A stretch of 64,000 nucleotides of DNA from an archaeon (GTDB lineage: Archaea > Aenigmatarchaeota > Aenigmatarchaeia > CG10238-14 > SCSR01). Made by a program: the position numbers and the translations under genes. Shown here one piece after another: positions 1 to 10,301 of the stretch. Location of the stretch: NCBI GenBank assembly GCA_035288545.1, contig DATEAB010000045.1:1329-65328 (forward strand), read 5' to 3'. The notes under the pieces were generated by a model, which ran no database searches, was not told the origin of the DNA, and worked only from the letters and a program-made list of their open reading frames with translations. Position 1 is the stretch's first letter, and every line of letters starts with the position of its first letter.

Positions 1-581
1 CTAAAGCTAAATACGATGCAGAAGTCGCAGAACTTTGGTTTGGAAGCGACGTCGCACCAGGAAATTTTGCATGGGTCGTGCCTGAGAGCGAAACTGTTGC
101 ACGTGTGGGACTGATGACGAACGATCATCCACGCGCTTTTTTTGAGAAGTTTTTCGAAAAGCGAATCGGCTATCCGCTTGCTGAAGTAAATGGCAACATT
201 ACCGACCGCTTGGGCGACACTATCCGTTACGGCCTCATAGAGAAATCTGTTGCAGACCATGTTTTGCTTGTCGGAGATGCGGCAGCTCAGGTCAAACCCT
301 TCAGTGCAGGTGGCCTTGTATACGGTCAGATCGGCGCTAGTTACGCCGGAGATGCGATTGTCAGAGCTCTGCAGGAAAACAATTTTTCTGAGAAGTTTCT
401 GATGGAAAATTACGAGAAGAAATGGAAGACGGAGCTTGGCAAAGGAATTAAGAAGGGTTTGATGTTCAAGAAAATTTTCGAGAAGATTCAAGACAGACCA
501 GTTCTTTTCAGCTTGATGCGCAAGACCGGAATCGCTAACTTTGCGGCTTTCTTCGACGCTGACTTCATCGGTAAAGATTGA
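1..581 (+). CDS. Geranylgeranyl reductase family flavoprotein, 5'-truncated by the window edge
   Basis: Frame is open from nt 3 (KAKYDAEVAELWFGSDVAPGNFAWVVP); LLVGDAAAQVKPFSAGG FAD-binding motif. Confidence 0.85.
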   Translation, partial: KAKYDAEVAELWFGSDVAPGNFAWVVPESETVARVGLMTNDHPRAFFEKFFEKRIGYPLAEVNGNITDRLGDTIRYGLIEKSVADHVLLVGDAAAQVKPFSAGGLVYGQIGASYAGDAIVRALQENNFSEKFLMENYEKKWKTELGKGIKKGLMFKKIFEKIQDRPVLFSLMRKTGIANFAAFFDADFIGKD

Positions 582-930
582 GAGTTGCAAGCTTGAACGC
601 TTTCAGCGACAACAGCGCGCATTTCAGCCTGACAGCAGTAACTTCAATTCCCAAAATCTTCAACACGTCATCTTTCTGCAAAGTCTTCAGCTCTTCAATT
701 GTCTTTCCCTTGATAAAATCAGCAAGCAGATCAGCTGACGCCTGAGAAATGCTGCACCCCTCGCCGGAGTATTTCACATCAAAAACTCTTCCCTCTTCTA
801 TTTTCAGTTGCATCTTTATCCTGTCTCCGCAAATCGGATTCATGTCCTCGGCTTCCGCGTTTGCTCCTTTCAATTCTCCAAAATTTCTAGGATTTTTATA
901 ACGATCGATTATTTGTTCTGTATAAAGCAT
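565..930 (-). CDS. sufU: Fe-S cluster scaffold / sulfur transfer protein (SufU/IscU family)
   Basis: NPICGD, GCSISQASA and RLKCA cysteine motifs; follows sufS; likely start MLYTEQII at 930. Confidence 0.9.
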   Translation of the reverse strand: MLYTEQIIDRYKNPRNFGELKGANAEAEDMNPICGDRIKMQLKIEEGRVFDVKYSGEGCSISQASADLLADFIKGKTIEELKTLQKDDVLKILGIEVTAVRLKCALLSLKAFKLATLNLYR

Positions 931-943
931 TCGAAGTTCTTCC

Positions 944-2176
944 TCAGCCAAGCCGGAACACCTCTGCAACTTTCTTCAGTCCATTTACAAATGCATCGAT
1001 CTCTTCCTTTGTGTTGTAAATGTAGAAACTGGCGCGCGTAACATCGCTAACACCCAATCTTTTCAACAGAGGCTCGGCACACATGCGACCAGAACGAACG
1101 GCAATTCCCTCTCTGTTCAGAATATCAGCGACATCATGTGGATGAACGCCATCAAAAACAAACGAAATGACGCCACCGCGAATTTCCAAATCATGAGGAC
1201 CGAAAATTTTTATTCTTTTCACATTTTCCATTTCGTCCAGTGCGTATTTGGTCAATTCTTTTTCATGTTTTTGCACATTTTCCATTCCAATTTTATTCAA
1301 GTAATCAATTGCTGCACCAAGTCCAACAGCAGACGCAACGTCAGGAGTTCCTGCCTCCCATTTCCATGGCGCTTCGTTCCACTTTGCTTCATGCATCGAC
1401 ACCTGTTTGTTCATCTCCCCACCATACATGAACGGCTCGAGCATTTCTTGCACTTCTTTTTTCACATAGAGGCAACCAATTCCCATCGGAGCTAGCATCT
1501 TGTGGCCACTGAATGCAAGAAAGTCGCAATTTATTTTTTGCACGTTGACAGGAATGTGAGGAATTGATTGAGCTGCATCGACAAGAAAAAGAGAATTATT
1601 TTCATGAGCAATCTTCGCAATGTTTTCTACATCGTTAATCGTTCCAACAACGTTTGACTGATGTAAAACTGTAATAAGTCCTGTTCTTTCATTTACCAGT
1701 TTGTCGTATTGCTCCATCTTCAGCGTCCCGTCATCCTTTATGTCGATAAAATTAAGCTTTCCTCCTGCATTTCGTTCCCAGAATTGCCATGGCAGTATGT
1801 TGCTGTGGTGCTCCATAATCGTCGTTATTATTTCCCTGTTTTTTCCTAACTTGTTCATCGCATACGCATGCATGACAAGATTGATTGCTTCCGTGGTGTT
1901 GCGCGTGAAAATTATTTCCTCAGTATGTTTCGCATTGATGAATTTAGCGACTTTGCTCCTTGCTTCTTCATGCATCTCCGTCGCTTCGACAGACAAGTCG
2001 TAAATCGCTCGCTGCACGTTTGAGTTTGTGCTCCTGTAATACTCCTCAATTGCTTGTATGACCTGCATGGGTTTTTGGCTGGTTGACGTCGAGTCGAGGA
2101 AAATCAAATTCTTCCCGTGCATCTTTCTTTTCAAAATAGGGAAGTCTTCCCTCAAGCTTTCGAAGTTAACGCTCAT
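944..2176 (-). CDS. sufS: Cysteine desulfurase (SufS, group II)
   Basis: FSGHKM PLP lysine, RSGRMCA catalytic Cys, LREDFPIL N-terminus. Confidence 0.95.
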   Translation of the reverse strand: MSVNFESLREDFPILKRKMHGKNLIFLDSTSTSQKPMQVIQAIEEYYRSTNSNVQRAIYDLSVEATEMHEEARSKVAKFINAKHTEEIIFTRNTTEAINLVMHAYAMNKLGKNREIITTIMEHHSNILPWQFWERNAGGKLNFIDIKDDGTLKMEQYDKLVNERTGLITVLHQSNVVGTINDVENIAKIAHENNSLFLVDAAQSIPHIPVNVQKINCDFLAFSGHKMLAPMGIGCLYVKKEVQEMLEPFMYGGEMNKQVSMHEAKWNEAPWKWEAGTPDVASAVGLGAAIDYLNKIGMENVQKHEKELTKYALDEMENVKRIKIFGPHDLEIRGGVISFVFDGVHPHDVADILNREGIAVRSGRMCAEPLLKRLGVSDVTRASFYIYNTKEEIDAFVNGLKKVAEVFRLG

Positions 2177-3297
2177 TCCGACAACCTTTGACCAATCACT
2201 TGCTGATATCTATTTCTCACTTCATCGTTTAGTATCTTTTGCAACACTGGCTCGAAAAATCCGCTTACAATTAATTTTTCTGCTTCCTTCTCACTCAATC
2301 CTCTGCTTGTAAGGTAAAACATTTGCTCTTTGTCAAGTTGACCGATTGTCGCGCCATGCGTCGCCCGAACATCATTGGCTTCGATTTGAAGACTTGGAAT
2401 CGAATTTGCTGTCGCATTTTTATTTAAAATAAGAGTATGATCTGCAAGATATGAATCGGTTTTCTGCGCAGGTTTTTCTATTCGTATTAGACCGCGAAAG
2501 ACGGACGATGACGAATCTTTCATGACTCCTTTTGCCAAAATGTTATTTGTTGTATGCGGAACGATGTGTTGAGCGATTGTTGTGATGTCAATATGCTGTT
2601 TGCCACTGCCGAAGAAGACTGCAATATTTTCTGACTGGGCTCCCTCTCCTTCTAACTTTGTTTCAATCTTCCATCTGCTGAACTGACCGCCGAAGCATCC
2701 AAAATTCCAATCACAAACTGCATACCGTCTAAGTGCTGCTGATTTGTAAGACAGATGATAGACGTCTTGAGGAAAATCCTGGAAAGATTGAAAGTTAATT
2801 TGAGAATTCTCTGCCGCGAAAATTTCTGTTGCGTCTACAACAAATCCGTTTCCTTGCTCGTAATTTTCAAAATAATTTAACTTCGCCCCTTCCTCGAGAA
2901 CAATAATGTTGTGAATTGCTGAGTTGGTTGCCGAAATGTTTAATTTTAGAGTTGCTGATGAATTTTTCGGCAAGAACAAGAGTAAACCATCGCCAATGTT
3001 TGCGTAATGTGCCGAGATTAACTTGTCTTTATTTAGCGAAATAATCTTTCCAAGGTAATTTTTTGCAATTTCAAAATTTTTGTTTATGTTAGTTGCGATG
3101 ACAGCTTTAGAATTTGTCTCCAACTTGAAACTAATTTCTGATTTTCCTTCTAGATTTATCTGTTCCAGCTGTTTCAGAAACTTGTAATCTATGTAACGCC
3201 ACTCTTCGTCTTTCGCGGTCGGAAATTTTTGTATCTGAAATTCTTTTCTTGCATTTTCTCGAAATTCTTCTAGCCAAACATCTGATGACACAACCAT
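2173..3297 (-). CDS. sufD: Fe-S cluster assembly protein SufD
   Basis: PSLQIEANDVRATHGATIG and FYLTSRGL motifs; between sufB and sufS. Confidence 0.9.
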   Translation of the reverse strand: MVVSSDVWLEEFRENARKEFQIQKFPTAKDEEWRYIDYKFLKQLEQINLEGKSEISFKLETNSKAVIATNINKNFEIAKNYLGKIISLNKDKLISAHYANIGDGLLLFLPKNSSATLKLNISATNSAIHNIIVLEEGAKLNYFENYEQGNGFVVDATEIFAAENSQINFQSFQDFPQDVYHLSYKSAALRRYAVCDWNFGCFGGQFSRWKIETKLEGEGAQSENIAVFFGSGKQHIDITTIAQHIVPHTTNNILAKGVMKDSSSSVFRGLIRIEKPAQKTDSYLADHTLILNKNATANSIPSLQIEANDVRATHGATIGQLDKEQMFYLTSRGLSEKEAEKLIVSGFFEPVLQKILNDEVRNRYQQVIGQRLSE

Positions 3298-3323
3298 CTC
3301 ATCTCACCAATTTTTTTTCAAAA

Positions 3324-4760
3324 TTAGCCAACTGATCCTTCCATTTCTATCTCAATAAGGCGGTTCATTTCGACAGCGTAATCCAGTGGCAAATGCTTTG
3401 TGAATTCCTCGATGAAGCCGCGGACAATCATAGACATAGCCTCGTTTTCCTTCAATCCTCTGCTCATCAGATAGAAAAGTTGCTCCTCGCTGATTTTTCC
3501 GACTGTTGCCTCGTGCTGTATTGTGACATCCTTTTCATCAATTTCCATGTATGGAATTGTATCGCTTGCTGACTGCTCATCGAGAATAAGCGCGTCGCAG
3601 CGAACATTGCTCTTCACTCCAGTCGCTCCTCGCCTGACCTTGACAAGCCCGCGGTATGTTGTGCGGCCTCCGTCTTTGCTGATTGATTTTGAAGTGATGA
3701 TTGATTTTGTGTTAGGTGCGAGATGGACTGCCTTAGCTCCCGAGTCGATATGCTGCCCGCGACTGGCAAACGCGACTGACAAAATCTCGCCTTTCGCTCC
3801 CTCGCCAAGCAAGAACACCGACGGATATTTCATCGTGACCTTGCTGCCGATGTTGCAGTCAATCCAAAAGACTGTCGAGTTGTCGTAGGCGAACGCCCGC
3901 TTTGTGACGAGATTGAATACATCACTGGACCAGTTTTGAATTGTCGTGTACTGGATGCGCGAGCCTGGCATCGCAATAATTTCAACCACGGCCGCATGCA
4001 ACGAATCGGTCGAATATACAGGAGCGGTGCAGCTTTCCAAATAATGGACTGACGAATTTTTCTCGGCGATGATGAGCGTGCGTTCGAACTGGCCCATGCG
4101 CGCGGCGTTTATTCTGAAATAAGCCTGAAGCGGCAGCTCAATCTTCACGCCTTCGGGAACGTAGAGAAAACTTCCGCCCGACCAGACTGCCGAGTTGAGA
4201 GCCGCGAACTTGTTGTCTGTGAAAGGAACGACAGTACTGAAAAACTTCCGCACGACGTCTTCATGCTCGCGAAGGCCAGAATCCATGTCAGTGAAAATAA
4301 CTCCCTGCTTCGTCAGCTTGTCCTGAATACTGTGATAAACCGTTTCGCTCTCGTACATCGCGCCGCTGCCTGCCAAAAATTTGCGTTCGGCCTCCGGAAT
4401 TCCGAGTCTGTCAAAAGTTTTTCGTATCGTCTCTGGAACTTCTTCCCATGTCTTCGCCTTCTTTTCTGTCGGCTTTATGTAGTAAGTGAAATCGTCAAAA
4501 TTTATTTTTGAAATGTCAGCCCCCCACACCGGCATCGGTCTTGACTTGAAGTGCTCGAATGCTTTCAGCCGAAACTCAGTCATCCACTTCGGCTCGCCTT
4601 TGATTTTAGAAATTTCCTCGACAATTTCCGCGCTAAGACCTTTAGGTGTTCTGTAAACGTACTGCTCTGGATCTTTGAAACCATACTTGCTATAATCTTT
4701 TTCTAAAAGTAATTTCTGTTTTTGCGCCGCATCTGACAAAACTTTTTCTTTACTTCCCAT
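3324..4760 (-). CDS. sufB: Fe-S cluster assembly protein SufB
   Basis: [30 protein letters not shown], ends EMEGSVG. Confidence 0.96.
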   Translation of the reverse strand: MGSKEKVLSDAAQKQKLLLEKDYSKYGFKDPEQYVYRTPKGLSAEIVEEISKIKGEPKWMTEFRLKAFEHFKSRPMPVWGADISKINFDDFTYYIKPTEKKAKTWEEVPETIRKTFDRLGIPEAERKFLAGSGAMYESETVYHSIQDKLTKQGVIFTDMDSGLREHEDVVRKFFSTVVPFTDNKFAALNSAVWSGGSFLYVPEGVKIELPLQAYFRINAARMGQFERTLIIAEKNSSVHYLESCTAPVYSTDSLHAAVVEIIAMPGSRIQYTTIQNWSSDVFNLVTKRAFAYDNSTVFWIDCNIGSKVTMKYPSVFLLGEGAKGEILSVAFASRGQHIDSGAKAVHLAPNTKSIITSKSISKDGGRTTYRGLVKVRRGATGVKSNVRCDALILDEQSASDTIPYMEIDEKDVTIQHEATVGKISEEQLFYLMSRGLKENEAMSMIVRGFIEEFTKHLPLDYAVEMNRLIEIEMEGSVG

Positions 4761-5532
4761 TTAATTCACCAAATTCGCCATATCCCTTTGCTTCAATCTC
4801 ATCAGCCAGCGATGCATCGCCAGTCTTAACAATTTGTCCATCGACTAAAATGTGAACATAGTGCGGGCGAATGTGCTGCAGAATCCTGTTGTAATGCGTG
4901 ATTAGAAGAATTCCGCTATTGCCTTCCTCGAAAATTTTGTTCATACCATTCGCGATAATTTTCAGCGAGTCGATGTCCGCTCCCGAATCAGCTTCGTCAA
5001 TGACAGCGACCTTCGGTTTCAGCACTGCCATTTGTAAAATTTCTGCCTTCTTCTTCTCCCCTCCAGAAAATCCCTCGTTAAGGTAGCGCCGCGCGAATGT
5101 GTCGTCCATCTGCAGCATCTTCATCTTCTCGCTTAGCAGTTTGGAAAATTCCAAAATGTTGATGAACTCTTCCTTCTTCGTGTCTGGTTTGCCGCCGAAC
5201 TTCAGCGACGTGTAGGCCGTTCGCAGGAAGTTAAACACGCTGACGCCTGGCACAGCGTACGGATATTGGAACGCGAGAAAAAGACCGAGCTTCGCCCTCT
5301 CGTGCGGCTTCATTTGTAAAATGTTTTTTCCCTCGAATAGTATCTCTCCGCTCTCGATTTTGTAATTCGGATGACCCATAAGCGTCATTGCCAGCGACGA
5401 CTTGCCGCTTCCATTCGGCCCCATTAGCGCGTGGATTTCACCCCTGCTTATCGTCAAATTAATTCCTTTCAGAATTTCCTTTCCTTCAATGCTGACATGA
5501 AGATTTTTTATCTCAAGAGTCACAAATTTCAC
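4750..5532 (-). CDS. sufC: Fe-S cluster assembly ABC ATPase SufC
   Basis: Walker [31 protein letters not shown]. Confidence 0.96.
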   Translation of the reverse strand: MKFVTLEIKNLHVSIEGKEILKGINLTISRGEIHALMGPNGSGKSSLAMTLMGHPNYKIESGEILFEGKNILQMKPHERAKLGLFLAFQYPYAVPGVSVFNFLRTAYTSLKFGGKPDTKKEEFINILEFSKLLSEKMKMLQMDDTFARRYLNEGFSGGEKKKAEILQMAVLKPKVAVIDEADSGADIDSLKIIANGMNKIFEEGNSGILLITHYNRILQHIRPHYVHILVDGQIVKTGDASLADEIEAKGYGEFGELNGK

Positions 5533-5595
5533 CTATATACTATAACAGCGTTATGATTTATATATTTTAAAGACGAAAAATAATAAAAGATAATC

Positions 5596-6192
5596 ATGAA
5601 AAAATTCGAACTTCCCCCCTTGCCTTATGCTTACGATGCGCTTGAACCGCACATCTCGAAGGAAATTATGACTCTTCATCACGACAAACATCACCAGGCT
5701 TACGTTAACGGGGCAAATGCCGCGCTGGAAAAGCTGGAAAAGTCGAGAAAAGGTGAAATGGAAATTGATTACAAAGCAACTGCTCGCGATCTTAGTTTTA
5801 ACTTGGCAGGCCATAACTTGCACGCAATGTTCTGGCCAAATATGGGACCAAACAAGGGAGGAACTCCAGGAGGAAAAATTGCTGATCAGATAAACAAGGA
5901 CTTTAGCAGCTTCACTGCATTTGCAAAGGAATTCAGTTCTGTCGCGAAAACTGTGGAAGGAAATGGATGGGCTGTTCTAGCTTTTGATGTCAGCACCCAG
6001 CAGCTTTTCGTCGTGCAGCTTGAGAAGCACAACGTCGCAGCAATTCCCGGACTGCGACCGGTTCTTGTGCTTGATGTATGGGAACATGCATACTATCTCG
6101 ATTACAAAAACGATCGTGCGAAGTATGTTGACACATGGTGGAACGTCGTTAACTGGGACGATGTCGAGAAAAGATTTGCTGAAGTCGTTTAA
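5596..6192 (+). CDS. sod: Fe/Mn superoxide dismutase
   Basis: LPYAYDALEPHI, HHDKHHQAYV, DVWEHAYY signature. Confidence 0.97.
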   Translation: MKKFELPPLPYAYDALEPHISKEIMTLHHDKHHQAYVNGANAALEKLEKSRKGEMEIDYKATARDLSFNLAGHNLHAMFWPNMGPNKGGTPGGKIADQINKDFSSFTAFAKEFSSVAKTVEGNGWAVLAFDVSTQQLFVVQLEKHNVAAIPGLRPVLVLDVWEHAYYLDYKNDRAKYVDTWWNVVNWDDVEKRFAEVV

Positions 6193-6224
6193 AGTATTTT
6201 TGCCTTTACTTTCATTCTATTCAT

Positions 6225-7904
6225 ATGGAACTACTTGCCGGGAAAAATATTGCAATATTTTTCTTCGCCGCTGTAATTCTTGCAGTCAATATCTTCGTTT
6301 TCTATTCGCCGATTCTGAGATATGGCTATGCGACTGGCTGGCTAGATGCCAACGACCACACATACGCGATCAAACTGTTGTTCATTGATCCGGCTCTGTC
6401 TCTGAAATCTATTTTCTCTCTGACAACCTTGTGTGATCCTTTTCCTAAAGACGAATGCAAGCTCCTAGCCAGTAGCACAAATCCGCCGACATTTTACCTC
6501 ATCGGGGGATTGGTAAGCGCGTTGCCGATAAAGGATGTAAATGTTGGTTATGCTACAACGACTATACTTCTCTCCTTGGCATCCATTGCACTTTTTTTTA
6601 TACTTTATTCTCTAACCAAAAACTTGCTATTGAGCTTCCTGCCCTCTGCAGCGTTTGGAATCAACATAATTCTGCTTTGGGGTCTGCAACAAGGGCTCTA
6701 CACTGCTTTAATCGGCACGCTGTTCTTTCCTCTTGCAGTTTACTTTTTCTACAAATCTCTGAAGGAGCAGACAAGGAAAAATTTCGCATACCTTCTTGTG
6801 GCAATCACATTTCTGAATCTTTCAACCCTTTATTATTTAATTCCGTTTGCAATTTCTGCAGCGGTCTTGATTCTTTTCTTGACTTTACGAGATAGAACTT
6901 TCGTGAAAAATTATTTTGCTAGTTTTTTTGGAATATTCAAGGAGAAAAAATATTGGCTACTGTTGATTTTGAATTTATTTTATTTCATTCGAGCTTTTTT
7001 CGCTTTCCGTGAAGCTATTTTTAGAGGTTTTGAAGGAACTTCTATGGAAGTTCTACAGGTTGCTGCCCAGGTTAATTACGTTGGCTCGCTTGAAACATTA
7101 TTCGTGATGCTTCCTAACTTATTCTATCCATTTATGGTAATTGCAATCGTGCTTTCGGGTTACACGCTGCTAAAAATTTTGCGAAAGAAGGATCAACTTG
7201 AGTTGAATGAGTTTTCATTTTTGGTTTTGTATACTATTGGCCCTTTACTGGTTATTTATTTTCCAATTTTGATGGCAAAATATTTTCCTTCTATAAATTT
7301 CTTGACTGTTTATGTAGCTGATCATATTCTAAAGTCAATCAATCTTCTCACTCATCTCTTCCTCATCTCTTTTGCCTTTTTATTTTATTTCTTATTCAAA
7401 AAATTCGGCTCATCTCTAGGCAAGCAAATCATTCTCTACATCATGATCATCGGATTGATTTATCTGGCTTACAAATCGATTGCAAATCCTATCAACATAA
7501 TTTCTGGCGAGAACTATGAATTTGGTTATTACAGAACTCCTTCAGGTAAAATCGTTCAGGTTGGTGAATATGGCAGACTATTTGCGACTTTCATTGACAG
7601 ACAGCCTTCACTAAACGATAACAAGTATGTTGCAATGGAATTCATACGGACAGAATCACCACAAAATGCGAAAATTCTCATTATGCATCCGCAATATAGT
7701 TTTGAAAGTTTCTTTTTGCGCGACTATGAACTTATTACAAAAGCAAATACTACTGTTGAAGAATTGGATGAAATGGGGATCAACTCAAATTACGATTATG
7801 TTCTTATGTCTACGGAATTTGTCGATCTTCGAAATTATTTCATTACCAAAAATTATAATTCTGTTTATAGCAATCCGGAAATAAGCATACTGGCAAGGAC
7901 TTAA
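6225..7904 (+). CDS. Multi-pass membrane protein, possibly a GT-C-fold glycosyltransferase
   Basis: More than 10 hydrophobic segments, an early extracellular loop with acidic residues, soluble C-terminal domain; AT-rich DNA. Confidence 0.6.
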   Translation: MELLAGKNIAIFFFAAVILAVNIFVFYSPILRYGYATGWLDANDHTYAIKLLFIDPALSLKSIFSLTTLCDPFPKDECKLLASSTNPPTFYLIGGLVSALPIKDVNVGYATTTILLSLASIALFFILYSLTKNLLLSFLPSAAFGINIILLWGLQQGLYTALIGTLFFPLAVYFFYKSLKEQTRKNFAYLLVAITFLNLSTLYYLIPFAISAAVLILFLTLRDRTFVKNYFASFFGIFKEKKYWLLLILNLFYFIRAFFAFREAIFRGFEGTSMEVLQVAAQVNYVGSLETLFVMLPNLFYPFMVIAIVLSGYTLLKILRKKDQLELNEFSFLVLYTIGPLLVIYFPILMAKYFPSINFLTVYVADHILKSINLLTHLFLISFAFLFYFLFKKFGSSLGKQIILYIMIIGLIYLAYKSIANPINIISGENYEFGYYRTPSGKIVQVGEYGRLFATFIDRQPSLNDNKYVAMEFIRTESPQNAKILIMHPQYSFESFFLRDYELITKANTTVEELDEMGINSNYDYVLMSTEFVDLRNYFITKNYNSVYSNPEISILART

Positions 7905-7906
7905 CA

Positions 7907-8218
7907 TTAAACTTTTACAAAAACATCTTTTCCTTCAATCTTCACTTCAAAGGTCTCTTGGCCTAGCCCCCAGGGAGTTTCTTTGAAGCCGTTGCCGTTC
8001 CTCACGTCGTACTTGGCTCCATGGCAGGGACAAGTGATGACGAATCCTTCCAAATCTCCGTCCGATATCGAGCATTGTTCATGAGAACAAACATCTTCAA
8101 GCGCGTAAATTTTCCCGCTGACGTTGGTAAGCATGATTTCAATTCCATTCACATCAACCTTCATCTTCCTACCTTCAGAAATCTTGTCTGTCGTCGCGAC
8201 TTTCACAAAATCTGCCAT
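7907..8218 (-). CDS. Rieske-type [2Fe-2S] ferredoxin
   Basis: CSH...CPCHG Rieske ligand motifs, 103 aa. Confidence 0.92.
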   Translation of the reverse strand: MADFVKVATTDKISEGRKMKVDVNGIEIMLTNVSGKIYALEDVCSHEQCSISDGDLEGFVITCPCHGAKYDVRNGNGFKETPWGLGQETFEVKIEGKDVFVKV

Positions 8219-8221
8219 AAA

Positions 8222-8500
8222 TTATTTCACCAATTTCTCTATTTTGTCCGCTAAATTGAAATCTTTTTCCGTCAGCCTGCCCTCGTCGTGCGTTGTCAAG
8301 TTCAGCTGCACCGTATCGTACTTGATCAGGATATCTGGATGATGATTGCTGTTTTCCGCTACAGCAGCGACTCGTGTGACGAACCACATCGCTTCAATGA
8401 AGGTTCTGAATTTGAAAACTTTCCAAATCTCTTTTCCCTTCAGCTTCCATCCTTGCAATTTTTTCAATTCTTCATTAATTTGTTTTTTTCCGTATCTCAT
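8222..8500 (-). CDS. Pterin-4a-carbinolamine dehydratase
   Basis: NHHPDI, LTTHD and LTEKDF motifs; ATG at 8500 just after the tRNA. Confidence 0.92.
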   Translation of the reverse strand: MRYGKKQINEELKKLQGWKLKGKEIWKVFKFRTFIEAMWFVTRVAAVAENSNHHPDILIKYDTVQLNLTTHDEGRLTEKDFNLADKIEKLVK

Positions 8501-8503
8501 GAG

Positions 8504-8615
8504 AGCCACAGGTGGGAATTGAACCCACGACCTTCCGCTTACATTCCGCTCGATTTCTCGATGGGCGGGTGCTCTTTGTTGCGTTTTTTCAACGAACCAA
8601 CTGAGCTACTGTGGC
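8504..8615 (-). tRNA. tRNA-Thr(TGT) with two introns (20/21: 8576-8595; 33/34: 8544-8562)
   Basis: Acceptor GCCACAG/CTGTGGC, discriminator T, T-arm GTGGG-TTCAATT-CCCAC; both inserts fold as BHB motifs. Confidence 0.85.
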
Positions 8616-8678
8616 ATGCTGGTAATTCTATCAACAACTCTACTTTATAAATTTTGCCTTTTATTGTATTGAGGTTAA

Positions 8679-9425
8679 GTGATTAGTATGCGGGCTGAAG
8701 GCGGGAAAGGTGAGAAAAGCAAGGGGAAATTCTGCCCCAGATGCGGACGTCATGCGGAAAAGTTTTACAACAATTTGTGCAAGAACTGCTTTCCCGAAAC
8801 TATAAGTTTGGCTGAAAAATTGCCAAGCAGGTTTGCTTTGCGCCAATGCAAAAACTGCGGAAGGATTTACGTCAACGATGACTTTGGGGAAACGATTGAA
8901 GGGGCGCTTGACATATTGTTGAGGGAGCTTTTGGCAGACAAAAAAATGCAGCCGTTGCATGCGGCTAGTTATCGAATTGAAGGTCGGCTTGTGCATGTTA
9001 CGCTTGTGATGAAGGTTGACGACGTGGAGAAGATTGAGAAGAAGGATGTTGAGCTTGTCGTCAAAACCATCTTGTGCGAGCGTTGCGCACGCGAGGGAAG
9101 CGGCTACTTCCAGTCGATAATGCAGCTGCGCGCGCCGACTAAGGAACTGACGGAAGCTCTGTTTGATGATGTACAGCAGCAAATTGAACTGATGAGTCAC
9201 TACGACCAGCATGCATTTATTTCTAAAATCGAAAGAAAGAAGGAAGGACTCGACCTGTACATAGGCAGCAAGAAAGTGACGATGCAAATATCTAAAAACA
9301 TTAAAAATAAATTTAACGCTAATGTCGTCGTGTCGAGAAAACTGGCTGGAAAGAAGCAGGGGCAAAAAGTTTATAGAGACACGGTGTTAGTAAGAATAGG
9401 AGAAAAGAAAAAGGGGCGCAGGTAA
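8679..9425 (+). CDS. nmd3: NMD3 family ribosome biogenesis protein
   Basis: Four CxxC pairs, GYFQSIMQLR, GLDLYIGS, YRDTVLVR. Confidence 0.9.
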   Translation: MISMRAEGGKGEKSKGKFCPRCGRHAEKFYNNLCKNCFPETISLAEKLPSRFALRQCKNCGRIYVNDDFGETIEGALDILLRELLADKKMQPLHAASYRIEGRLVHVTLVMKVDDVEKIEKKDVELVVKTILCERCAREGSGYFQSIMQLRAPTKELTEALFDDVQQQIELMSHYDQHAFISKIERKKEGLDLYIGSKKVTMQISKNIKNKFNANVVVSRKLAGKKQGQKVYRDTVLVRIGEKKKGRR

Positions 9426-9428
9426 AAA

Positions 9429-9749
9429 ATGAAAAAGAAAATGGAAATGAGTCAGGAAGAGTTTGAAGTCTCTCGCATACGCATACCGCGGCAGGGAGAG
9501 GTGCTTGGAATCATCGAGATGATGGTTGGCGGAGACAAGATGCGGGCGAGATGCGACGATGGAAATGAGCGACTCGTAAGAATTCCAGGTAGATTGAGAA
9601 AACGTGTGTGGATGAGAGAGGGTGATTTGATTTTGATTGCGCCATGGAAAGTTCAGACCAACGAGCGTGGTGATGTGGCGTTTCGTTACACTTCTACTCA
9701 GGCGAATTGGCTGAAAAGAAAAGGTTTTATAAAATCAAATATTTTCTAG
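9429..9749 (+). CDS. eif1a: Translation initiation factor aIF-1A
   Basis: RIPGRLRKRVWMREGDLILIAPW, RYT motif. Confidence 0.95.
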   Translation: MKKKMEMSQEEFEVSRIRIPRQGEVLGIIEMMVGGDKMRARCDDGNERLVRIPGRLRKRVWMREGDLILIAPWKVQTNERGDVAFRYTSTQANWLKRKGFIKSNIF

Positions 9750-9767
9750 AAGCAAGGTCAATATTAA

Positions 9768-10301
9768 TTGCGAAAGGTGTTGTGCTGGATGATAGACTTC
9801 GTGAAAATTCCTGAAGAGAGAATCAAGATGCTGAAGGCCGACCCACGCATCCAGAAGAAGTTTGAGGAGCTATGCCAGTGCAAGCTGCAGTTGAATGAGC
9901 AGGAACAAGAAGTGCAGATTGAATGCGACGACGGACTGATGATGCTGAAAGCAAAGGATGTTTTGAAAGCTTTCGGCCGGGGCTTCTCCAGTGACGATGC
10001 GCTCTACCTGCTTGACGACGATTACTATCTTGAGATCATTAACATAACAGAATTTGTTGGAAAGGACAAGGATCGCGTCAAGACGATGAAAGGAAGACTT
10101 ATAGGCGCGGAGGGGCATAGTAAGAAGACAATAGAAAAAGACACGAATTGCAAAACGGCAATATATGGAAAAAGCATAAGTATTATAGGAAAGTGGGACG
10201 ACGTGCTGGCAGCAAAGAAAGTTGTTTTGCGACTTCTTTATGGAAGCAAGCATTCGACTGTTTATCGCATGCTGGAAGAGAGAAAGAAATTCAAGGGATG
10301 A
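9768..10301 (+). CDS. KH-domain pre-rRNA processing protein (Dim2/Pno1-like); start may be ATG 9789
   Basis: AFGRGF, KGRLIGAEG, GSKHSTVY motifs; conserved context with aIF-1A and topo VI. Confidence 0.9.
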   Translation: MRKVLCWMIDFVKIPEERIKMLKADPRIQKKFEELCQCKLQLNEQEQEVQIECDDGLMMLKAKDVLKAFGRGFSSDDALYLLDDDYYLEIINITEFVGKDKDRVKTMKGRLIGAEGHSKKTIEKDTNCKTAIYGKSISIIGKWDDVLAAKKVVLRLLYGSKHSTVYRMLEERKKFKG

